From a candidate division WOR-3 bacterium (GTDB lineage: Bacteria; Hydrothermota; Hydrothermia; JBDRYB01), in NCBI GenBank assembly GCA_039803205.1, contig JBDRYB010000031.1:1-20468 (forward strand): 20,468 nucleotides of DNA, read 5' to 3'. Positions 1-7,306 of this stretch are shown here, piece by piece. The notes beneath the pieces were generated by a model. It was not told the DNA's origin, made no database searches, and was given only the letters and a program-made list of their open reading frames with translations. The position numbers were made by a program, and so were the translations under genes. Position 1 is the stretch's first letter; each line of letters opens with the position of its first letter.

Positions 1-127
1 AAACCAGCTGGCTGGTGGGTGTAGAGGTATGAGAGATAGACAGAGTATGGCTGGGTGTTGTTATTGCGACCGCAGAATGTTAGATATGCAACGGAATATG
101 TGTCGCAAATCATGGGATTAATATTGC
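1..127 (-). pseudogene. Stop-free coding fragment abutting the IS end, possibly a distal part of the interrupted secreted protein gene
   Basis: Minus-strand frame from 125 to the window edge reads NINPMICDTYSVAYLTFCGRNNNTQPYSVYLSYLYTHQPAG with no stop. The other two minus frames stop within 6 codons. Too short to assign a family. Confidence 0.35.
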
Positions 128-143
128 GAGCTTGTTGAAAAAC
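128..143. repeat. IS terminal inverted repeat (downstream end relative to the transposase)
   Basis: GAGCTTGTTGAAAAAC is the reverse complement of 924-939 with one mismatch. Confidence 0.88.
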
Positions 144-288
144 ACCCTATATTCTCAGCTCTTCCCCTCTAAGGTCGTCGTTCCTGGTCCCTATTCCTCA
201 GGGGCCAGGCCCATCACCGCCTCTCAGGAGAGACCTCCCAAGAGGCTCTGAGACCCTGAAAACGCTTTTCAACCTTATTCCTTAAATC

Positions 289-865
289 TCACGCATACAG
301 GAGCTTTGCTCCACGAAACAGGTTCCAGGCTATATCTGAGAGTTGGGATTGTAATCTGAACCTCCCAAGCCCCTTCCACCTTGAGCTTGCCAGGCCAAAC
401 AGGTTCTTGAGATTGCCAAACACTGGCTCAACCCTCGCTCTCTTTCTCAGTCCCCTCTTCTCAAAGGCTCGTTCAAGGTATTTCATGGCTGATTCAAGTA
501 TCCCAGTTCCCTCTATCCTCTCCCTGAACTTTGAGAGGGTTGAATGGTCAGGAACAGGATCATCCATACCCAAGCCCACGAACCTCATGAAGAGCATGTC
601 CCTCATCAGAACCCTTTCGGTGTCTCTGTCCGACAGCTTATACATGAGCTCAAGGATTACGCACTTGAAAAGGAGAAGGGGAGGGAAACCAGGCCTTCCT
701 TCGGAGCTGTAGAGATTCTCCTATTTCCCTCTCAACTGCCCTCCAAAGCCCTGTTTCCTGTGCTATTCTGTCAACCCTGAGAAGGGGTTCGTCCTCTCTG
801 ACCCTGAGCTCAAGATACACATCCCCGAAGCTTCTCTTTCTACTTATTCTTCTGTTGATTGCCAT
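289..865 (-). pseudogene. IS5/IS1182-type transposase pseudogene (frameshift plus internal deletion)
   Basis: ORF 650-865 joins the 289-645 frame if one extra G near 720 is removed (ATA G GAG AAT CTC TAC gives ...EIENLYSSEGRPGFPPLLLFK...). DUF772-like motifs GRP, LSDR, F-x-GL and VPDHSTLSKFRER are fused directly to the C-terminal RARVEPVFGNLK...G...R.KGL...IAWNL motif. The central DDE region is missing. Confidence 0.88.
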
Positions 866-923
866 AGCCGGAAGAACCTAAGGTCTATTGAGGCCGAGTT
901 TCAATAAAAGGGGGGTAAATGTG

Positions 924-939
924 GTTTTTCAACAGGCTC
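924..939. repeat. IS terminal inverted repeat (upstream end relative to the transposase)
   Basis: GTTTTTCAACAGGCTC, whose reverse complement is GAGCCTGTTGAAAAAC. Confidence 0.88.
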
Positions 940-1322
940 AAGGGGTAAGAGAGGGTATCAGCTGGGAGCTGGCTAGGGAAAACTCTGTAGCCGCTCAAAG
1001 TTTCCGCCTCCAAGATAGAAATGCTGTGGGAGAGGCTCGCCCCTGCTGGAATTGCCAACCCAAAACTTACAACTGGCAGGCTCGGTAATCCTTGTATATC
1101 CATACTAAAATAGTTTCCGGGAAGATAAAGCCTCTGATAACTCGTGGAACCAATTAGGGTATCCACGACCTCAAACCCTTGAATCCGCAGAACCACGACA
1201 GTCTGATTATCCGTTGCTGATATGACTTCTAAGGTGGGTTCGGCTGGAATCGCTGAACCCAGAGAGACCCACCTGGCCTCTGCTGATCCTATCAGCAAAA
1301 GGATTCCGATAAGCCTTTTCAT
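940..1322 (-). pseudogene. Truncated secreted protein with Propeptide_C25 (gingipain-family propeptide) N-terminus
   Basis: ATG at 1322 follows AAGGAG. Signal peptide MKRLIGILLLIGSAEA is followed by propeptide-like YQRLYLPG...GLPSLPVVSFGLAIPAGA...VFPSQLP. The frame enters the IS TIR after LSYPL, so the tail SLLKNH...PQ is IS-derived. Confidence 0.72.
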
Positions 1323-1324
1323 GC

Positions 1325-2329
1325 TCACTCCTTTTCGTATTTGAGGATGCAAGGATCTCCCGCGGCCCCACCATAGGTGGAGTCAAAAAAGTGGAGATCA
1401 TATAGGTAAATCGCTTCCCCAAAATTCCATTTATGCCAAGCGCTGTCACCTGGATCAAAGTAATAAAGATCACCATCCCCTACGCACCATATAGAACCAG
1501 GGCTTTGAACTTCAATATCATCTACACTTTGGACAGGTATCCCGAATGTGTCCCAAGCTACTCCATCCCAATGAAGGATGGAATATGCATAGCACAGGCC
1601 TATCCAAACATCGTCAGTGTCCACCACCGCGACAGACTCACAATCACGTATGCTATCTAGCATGATCCATTCTGAGCCGTTCCATCTCACGGATCCGGCA
1701 TCGCCTACCACCCATATATCCTCAGGCGAAGAGAAATCTATGTTTCTAAAAAACTTATAGTAGTGTGGTATCTCCGTCACTTTTGACCACGAAGAACCAT
1801 TATAATGATAAACCCATTTTCCTGCCGCGTAGCCGTTGTCTTGTGAGAGAAAGGCAAGAGCTGTGACATGTTCGTCATAAGGAAAAATGGTGTCAGTTGC
1901 CCAACTGCCACCTTGATATCTCATGAGAGTTCCATCGCTCAGCAATAGCCAACCGAGATTTTCGTTCACGAAAAAGATCTTAATGGCACTCACATTCCTG
2001 AAGTCAGTAAGGAGTTCCGCTGTCCAATTCTGACCATCCCAATGGGCAACACATGGATAGGGATAATAGTAGTAAGAGATGCAGGAGCCGCATCCTCCAT
2101 CTGTTTCCCCCTCGTAGTATCCCGCTATCCAGATATCATCCCTATTAACCACATAGACTGTGGTCCAGTATACCCACTCGTATTCTGTGTTTATCCCATA
2201 GTCTAAGTCCCCCTCCCACATACTCCACCCATTTCCCAAGTCCCTCCAACCGCTGGTCTCTTCATAACCCCCGGTTATGGCCAGAATCCCACAAATTAAC
2301 AGTAACGCCTTGACTCCTCTTTTCTTCAT
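1325..2329 (-). CDS. Secreted Trp/Tyr-rich beta-propeller-like repeat protein
   Basis: 334-aa ORF with GGAGG RBS and an N-terminal signal peptide. Repeated DIW(I/V)xG and (H/R)(W/Y)(D/N/Q)GxxW units: AHWDGQNW, MRYQGGSW, YHYNGSSW, VRWNGSEW, LHWDGVAW. Confidence 0.82.
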   Translation of the reverse strand: MKKRGVKALLLICGILAITGGYEETSGWRDLGNGWSMWEGDLDYGINTEYEWVYWTTVYVVNRDDIWIAGYYEGETDGGCGSCISYYYYPYPCVAHWDGQNWTAELLTDFRNVSAIKIFFVNENLGWLLLSDGTLMRYQGGSWATDTIFPYDEHVTALAFLSQDNGYAAGKWVYHYNGSSWSKVTEIPHYYKFFRNIDFSSPEDIWVVGDAGSVRWNGSEWIMLDSIRDCESVAVVDTDDVWIGLCYAYSILHWDGVAWDTFGIPVQSVDDIEVQSPGSIWCVGDGDLYYFDPGDSAWHKWNFGEAIYLYDLHFFDSTYGGAAGDPCILKYEKE

Positions 2330-2428
2330 CTTACACCTCCCTCCCCGCCCCCGGCAGGACCACCTCGTAGGCTCCTATGAGCATAAGCCAAAGCATATTT
2401 TTAAGCCTCCAGCTTGCTCAGCCTGAGC

Positions 2429-2457
2429 ATTATAAGAGGGGGGTGAACCTATTGCAA
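2429..2457 (-). promoter_or_regulatory. Sigma70-type promoter for the beta-propeller/C25 operon, with adjacent inverted repeat
   Basis: Minus-strand TTGCAA (2452-2457), 17-nt spacer, TATAAT (2429-2434). The inverted repeat TGCTCAG-C-CTGAGCA (2415-2429) covers the predicted start site. Confidence 0.62.
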
Positions 2458-2516
2458 CTATGGGTGTCAAGTCGCGGAAACGCTTGTTTTATGAGGGATT
2501 CAGAGACAGCTATTCT

Positions 2517-2543
2517 GTAGTTCTTATCCGGTAAGGACTTAGC
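2517..2543. repeat. Degenerate copy of the TAAGTCCTT(G/A)-N5-(C/T)AAGGACTTA palindrome
   Basis: GTAGTTCTTA-TCCGG-TAAGGACTTAGC. AAGGACTTAGC (2533-2543) is identical to 20233-20243. Confidence 0.5.
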
Positions 2544-2794
2544 ACTCGCTTGACGGCCGAAAATGGCCAAACTTGGGCCGTAGGAAGGGCCTCGTGTGGC
2601 AAAAGGCCCTGTGTTTATGCGAGACAGGGAGAGGGCCACAAAAGCGCACCATACCCTCCCGTCCTGGTCAACGGCTATTGCACTGACCCTTACCCAAAAC
2701 TTTCCCTAATCCTCATAAATAGGCCCTCCTGAGGTGCTGGCCCTGGGTTGGCCATCTAGGCAATAATTTGTCTCCTATGGAAGGACTCATTGAA

Positions 2795-3247
2795 CCCATT
2801 TTCTGCGCAGGATCTCCCCAATTTGACTCCTGGTTTTTCACCCACCCAGAACCCTACTGGCCTCGCATTTGACACAGCCTTGATAATATGAGCCTATGAG
2901 AATCAACCACATCAATATCAATAGATCCTGGAAAGGGTGAGGATTCAGATGCCCTTCTACCTCCGGAAGGCAACCGTAGAGAACAGGATAAAGGAGGCAA
3001 AGCTTGGATTCAGGTTGGCTCCCATCAGGCCTTTTCAGGGTAAATGTGATATACCTCCACTCGGGAACAAAAACCCTCCATATGAGGGAGGGGGAGGTTT
3101 TGTTTGCATCCCTGAAAACACCATTTTCGACTCTCTCAGAGGGGGGTTTCTGAGCAATAGAACCCCAGAAAGATCCTTCCACCCATCCTCCAAAGACCAT
3201 TTTTAGGTCCTGAACCCACCTCGGTTGAGATTCGTGCAGGAAGTGGG
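2795..3247 (+). mobile_element. IS1380-like miniature (internally deleted) element, 453 bp
   Basis: Imperfect TIRs CCCATTTTCTGCGC (2795-2808) vs CCCACTTCCTGCAC (reverse complement of 3234-3247) match 11/14. Flanks are TTGAA/TTGAT. The internal peptide FYLRKATVENRIKEAKLGF resembles the Y-x2-R-x3-EN-x-IKE-x-K motif of IS1380/IS4-superfamily DDE transposases. Confidence 0.62.
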
Positions 3248-3616
3248 TTGATAGGAAGACTCTAGATAAAATAGAGGAATGGGATTCAAAATATGGTTTT
3301 CGACAGTGAACCTTTCCCAGTCTGGTCTTAAGGTGCTGTAATTGGCGTCAGGAGCAAAGTTGGCTGATTTTGGCAAAATTCCGGGAATCTAAAGCCTGTC
3401 CTTAAGTTGAGCGATTTCAAGGCTGTCTGGGTGAAGGATCGCTTTCGAACACGAAGAGAGAAGCGAGAGCTATATGAACTATTGCGTGTGTTCCAAACGA
3501 ACCCTTTCGCTTCTTTAGCCCTATTCCGGATTGCCCGACTAACCCAAATCCCAGCCGTCTCAATCACGGAGCCGGTTTTGGCCCACAAAAGCGTAAAAAC
3601 ACCAGCCCCCCAGCCT

Positions 3617-4837
3617 CTAGAACTCCGTTATCGGCTCTGAGGCGTAGGCCTTCCACCAAACCCCCTGAGCCTTCTTGAGCACGATGTAGAACCTGGTGTC
3701 CTCGCCCTCGGCTGAGAGGATCACCTCGCTTATCCTGTCGTAATCAAGGTCAATCATCCCGACGGGTTCAACCCCATAGAACTCCCCGCCTGAGGGCATG
3801 ATATCCGCGTAGAGGAGCTTTCCTTCCTCCCAGACCGCGTAGAACATGGTTACTTTCCTGCCCCTTATAGCGTTCCCGAAAACCAAACATCCCGGCCTTC
3901 CATCCCAAACCCAAAAAGGAAGGACTTGGTTGATGAATACGCTGTCAAACCTTACCCCAATGGACGAAAGGTAGGCCTTGGAAGCCTGAGCTACCGAATC
4001 TGCCTCTGGCAAGGGCGCTGGTATGGTATCACGCCAGAAGATAGGCCCAGGCAAGGCGATGTAGGGCTCGGTTAGGTCAAGGCGCCCCTTGGTTGCCGTG
4101 ATGCTGTTTCCTCTCACGGTGCCTATGCACTCGGAACCACGAGAGTAAAGGTAAAAAATGCCCCTCGCGCTGTCAGATGGCGGTAGGAACCCGCCTCCCC
4201 TTACCTCTAATATTGGGCAGAACGAGGCGAGGGTATCGTCCTCTGCCCAGACCTCAAGCACAAGCCCTTCCCTTGGTCTTGCTGGCTCCAAGATGGGCCA
4301 GAGCCTCAGATCCGGCCCAGCGCCACCCATTATTACCGAGCCATAGGAGGATTTCATTGCCCTCAACTCATCCTGGCTGAATTTCCTCCCTAAGAGGCCC
4401 TCAATTCCCTCAAGCTCTCCGTGCTGGAAAGCGAGAACGCATATTATAGCGCAGGCCTCTTCGAGTCCATGGTCGTGAGGGGCAAGGCCAGTGAAACGGA
4501 CCGCTTGGTATGTTCTGGCTGTATCCGAGAGGGCGCGCGCGTAATCCTCAAGGAGCCAGAGCGCCCTGGCAAAAGCGCCCCGCTCAGCCGGAAGGAGAAC
4601 AAGGGTATCGGCCCTAGCCCTTTCAATCTCGGCAAGGAGGCTGTATGTCCCAAGGCTTATCATCCTCCAGGCCTCGGATTGTGATTCTGCCCTCGCTATG
4701 TAATACGCTGAGACGGCAGTTTCTCTGGCCTGGATCACCGAGACAAAAAGGCTCTCAGGCGCCTTCCACTCAACTGGCTTTTGCGGCCTAGCGCAGGACG
4801 CCAAGAGTATTACACCAAAAATGGGGAACCTCTTCAC
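3617..4837 (-). CDS. Hypothetical lipoprotein
   Basis: 406-aa ORF with GTG start and lipobox MKRFPIFGVILLAS|C. C-terminal DLDYDRISEVIL resembles an FG-GAP/VCBS-like Ca-binding loop. Confidence 0.78.
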   Translation of the reverse strand: MKRFPIFGVILLASCARPQKPVEWKAPESLFVSVIQARETAVSAYYIARAESQSEAWRMISLGTYSLLAEIERARADTLVLLPAERGAFARALWLLEDYARALSDTARTYQAVRFTGLAPHDHGLEEACAIICVLAFQHGELEGIEGLLGRKFSQDELRAMKSSYGSVIMGGAGPDLRLWPILEPARPREGLVLEVWAEDDTLASFCPILEVRGGGFLPPSDSARGIFYLYSRGSECIGTVRGNSITATKGRLDLTEPYIALPGPIFWRDTIPAPLPEADSVAQASKAYLSSIGVRFDSVFINQVLPFWVWDGRPGCLVFGNAIRGRKVTMFYAVWEEGKLLYADIMPSGGEFYGVEPVGMIDLDYDRISEVILSAEGEDTRFYIVLKKAQGVWWKAYASEPITEF

Positions 4838-4916
4838 GAAGGCTCAAAATTTTAATCCTTAGGCTCGCCCTTACTCAAAGAAAGGGCCCGAGGGTTTGGT
4901 TTATCATATTAGGGCT

Positions 4917-6701
4917 TTGGAATTCTTGGGCCTGCAAGCGCCAGTTCTCGCCGACGGAGCTATCGGAGAATACCTCTATTCTCTTGGTTTTCCCAGGGAT
5001 TACTTGGCTTCCGAGGCAATAGCGAGGGCAGAGGGCCTCCTCAGGAGGATACACGAGGAGTATGTCGCGGCAGGTTCGGTCATGATAACTACAAACACAT
5101 TTGACGCGAACGCTGAGAAGCTCGACAAGCATGGGCTTGCAGAGCGATGCAGGGAGATAAACGCCAAGGCCGTGAGGATAGCAAGGGAATCAGGGGCAAA
5201 ACTGGTCGCCGGCTCTGTTGGACCCCTGGATTCGGGCCTAACATACTCCTTCGCCCCGAGGCATCCCTCAAGGCTCCGCGAGGCATACCTTCCCCAGTTG
5301 GAAGGGCTTCTGGATGAGGGGGTTGATCTCATCCTCATAGAGACCCAGGTTGATCCCTTCCACGCCAGGGAGATATTCAACATAGCTCGCTCGCTCTCAT
5401 CAGACATCCCTGTTGTCCTGAGCTTCACATTCGGCCCGGATCTCCTCACTCCAGCGGGTTTCTCTCTTGAGGAGGCCCTGAACGCGCTAGAGGGGCTGGA
5501 ACCCTTCGCATTTGGAGCGAACCACGGAATAGGGCCCATGCAGGGGCTTGACATATACGCTAGGCTTCTCGCTCTCTCCCCGTTTCCCATAACCCTCATG
5601 CCAAACTCCGGCGCCGCGAAGATGATGGGCAGCATCCCCGTTTTCCCTAATAACCCTGAGCACTTCGCCCGTTGCCTTGCCTCATGTGCGGGAGAAAGAA
5701 CAGCGGTTCTCGGCGGCTGTTGCGGCACAGACCCCAGGTTCATAATGGCCCTCCGGAATGCCCTCTCATCTCGGGAGAAGAGGGCTGTTCGCTTTTCTTT
5801 CGCACCCGAGGAGGTGAGCAAGGCAACCCCGGCCCGCGTTCTCCACTCAAGGTTCTCGGAAAGCCTATCCGGAAAAGAGGCGATAGTTATTGAGGTCCTG
5901 CCTCCGCGGGACGCTGATGCCGATGGGTTTATGGCAAAGCTTGATGCCTTAAAAACCTTATCCCCATCAGCGATAAGCCTCCCCGATTCTCCAATGGGCC
6001 GGGTTAGGGCAACCCCAAGCCTTCTCGGGGTCTTGGTGAAGGAGAGGCTAGGGATAGAACCGCTTGTCCATTTTGCTCTCAGGGACAGGAACCTCACCAG
6101 GGTTCAATCAGAGCTCGTCGGGCTCTCTGCTCTTGGGATCACCAACCTATTCGTTGTAGCCGGAGACCCTCCCTCTCTCGGTGATTATCCCCAGTCAGCT
6201 GCCGCATACGAGCTCTCAACAGAAGACGCTCTCAAGCTGATCTCGCAATTGGGAATGGGGAGGGATATGAAGGGGAGGCCCCTGGGCCGCGGAGCGTTCC
6301 TATTCACGGGAAGCGCCCTTTCTCTTTCCGATCAAGGGGCGAGGGACAAGCTGATGAGGCGTTGGGACCTGGGCGCGAGGTTCTTCATAACCCAGCCAGT
6401 TTATTCCCCTAGGGAAATAGATGCATGGGAGAGAGAGATGCTGGAATACCCCATTTTGGTCTCACTAATGCCCTTCAGGAGTAAGGCCCAGGCGATCTAC
6501 ATGGCGAGGGAAGTTCCGGGCATCTCTGTTCCGGATGACATACTCAGGAGGATCGAGGAAATGGAGGATGAGCATGTTCTTCCGTTTTCGGCTGATCTCC
6601 TCTCAGGGGTTGCTGAGAGGCTCAAGGGTCTCGCATCAGGGATCTATCTCTCTGGGCCAAAGGAAGGAATAAGGGAGTTGGTCAACATATGGAGGACATG
6701 A
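4917..6701 (+). CDS. yitJ: Bifunctional homocysteine S-methyltransferase / methylenetetrahydrofolate reductase (YitJ-type)
   Basis: N-terminal HMT motifs LADGAIG, TTNTFDAN, VAGSVGP, ILIET, PNSG and GGCCGTDP. C-terminal MTHFR motifs EVLPPR, PDSPMG, H...RDRNL, GDPP and GARFFITQPVY. The start is probably TTG 4917, 9 nt after TATCAT; the ORF is open from 4896. Confidence 0.93.
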   Translation: MEFLGLQAPVLADGAIGEYLYSLGFPRDYLASEAIARAEGLLRRIHEEYVAAGSVMITTNTFDANAEKLDKHGLAERCREINAKAVRIARESGAKLVAGSVGPLDSGLTYSFAPRHPSRLREAYLPQLEGLLDEGVDLILIETQVDPFHAREIFNIARSLSSDIPVVLSFTFGPDLLTPAGFSLEEALNALEGLEPFAFGANHGIGPMQGLDIYARLLALSPFPITLMPNSGAAKMMGSIPVFPNNPEHFARCLASCAGERTAVLGGCCGTDPRFIMALRNALSSREKRAVRFSFAPEEVSKATPARVLHSRFSESLSGKEAIVIEVLPPRDADADGFMAKLDALKTLSPSAISLPDSPMGRVRATPSLLGVLVKERLGIEPLVHFALRDRNLTRVQSELVGLSALGITNLFVVAGDPPSLGDYPQSAAAYELSTEDALKLISQLGMGRDMKGRPLGRGAFLFTGSALSLSDQGARDKLMRRWDLGARFFITQPVYSPREIDAWEREMLEYPILVSLMPFRSKAQAIYMAREVPGISVPDDILRRIEEMEDEHVLPFSADLLSGVAERLKGLASGIYLSGPKEGIRELVNIWRT

Positions 6702-7306
6702 GAACCGTAAGGCCGAGGCCGGAGGAGGTCATACCATCAATACAGAGGGTCCTGAGGAGAGCAGGTGGATCAGGCAGGGAAACCGGCGCGCTTCTCTTAT
6801 TTGCCCAAAAGGCGATCGCTACGCTCGCAGAGCTCTCCAAACCGGCCGGTTTCTGGATCACCTCGGCAATAATTTCCTCCTATGAGACACGCATTGAAAC
6901 ACCTGGGTTCACAATTGAATCAAGGGACATGGCGAGGAGGCTTTCAGGATGCGAGTGGCTCACGACATTTCTCGTTACCATAGGCCACGGGCCCGAGCGA
7001 GAGTGCGAATCTCTCTCCGGGAGGGGCGAACATACCCTCTCGCTCCTTCTGGACGCGGCCGCTTCCGAGATGACTGAGGAGCTTCTTAGGCTCGCGCACA
7101 GGAAGGCGGCAGAGACCCTGGTTGATTTCACTGGAACGGCGAGATACGCGCCTGGCTATGGGGACTTTTCCCTGTCGCACCAGAGCGATATCGTCAGGTT
7201 ATTTGGGCGCGATAGGACGGGCGTGATGGCAATCGAAGGTTCCTTCATGCTCATACCGAGAAAGAGCGCAACAGCAATAGTTGGATGGAAAAGGCGAATA
7301 GGTTAA
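6698..7306 (+). CDS. Stand-alone vitamin B12-dependent methionine synthase reactivation (AdoMet-binding) domain protein
   Basis: Motifs FLVTIG, LLDAAASE, RYAPGYGDF and LIPRKSATAIVG. ATG 6698 follows GGAGG and overlaps the yitJ stop (ATGA). Confidence 0.9.
   Translation: MRTVRPRPEEVIPSIQRVLRRAGGSGRETGALLLFAQKAIATLAELSKPAGFWITSAIISSYETRIETPGFTIESRDMARRLSGCEWLTTFLVTIGHGPERECESLSGRGEHTLSLLLDAAASEMTEELLRLAHRKAAETLVDFTGTARYAPGYGDFSLSHQSDIVRLFGRDRTGVMAIEGSFMLIPRKSATAIVGWKRRIG

Larger units (their letters stand above)
128..939 (-). mobile_element. Non-autonomous IS5/IS1182-type insertion sequence derivative (812 bp)
   Basis: TIRs GAGCTTGTTGAAAAAC (128-143) and GTTTTTCAACAGGCTC (924-939) match 15/16 and enclose a transposase remnant. 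No target-site duplication is visible. Confidence 0.88.

Noticed and set aside
700..730. Programmed ribosomal frameshift in the transposase
   Set aside because: There is no slippery heptamer at the frame switch. A single-base insertion explains it, and the gene is also internally deleted.
2937..3206. 89-aa ORF as an intact gene
   Set aside because: Only about 20 residues resemble a transposase motif, and the rest reads through non-coding IS end sequence.
4838..4916. SAM or cobalamin riboswitch before the met operon
   Set aside because: The intergenic space is too short, is occupied by divergent -10 boxes and has no consensus motifs.
5000..6097. 365-aa minus-strand ORF, and similar long antisense ORFs at 7938-8795, 9135-9494, 9671-10174 and 17956-18306
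   Set aside because: They lie opposite well-supported genes, are Ser/Pro/Arg-rich with no family motifs, and are typical shadow ORFs.
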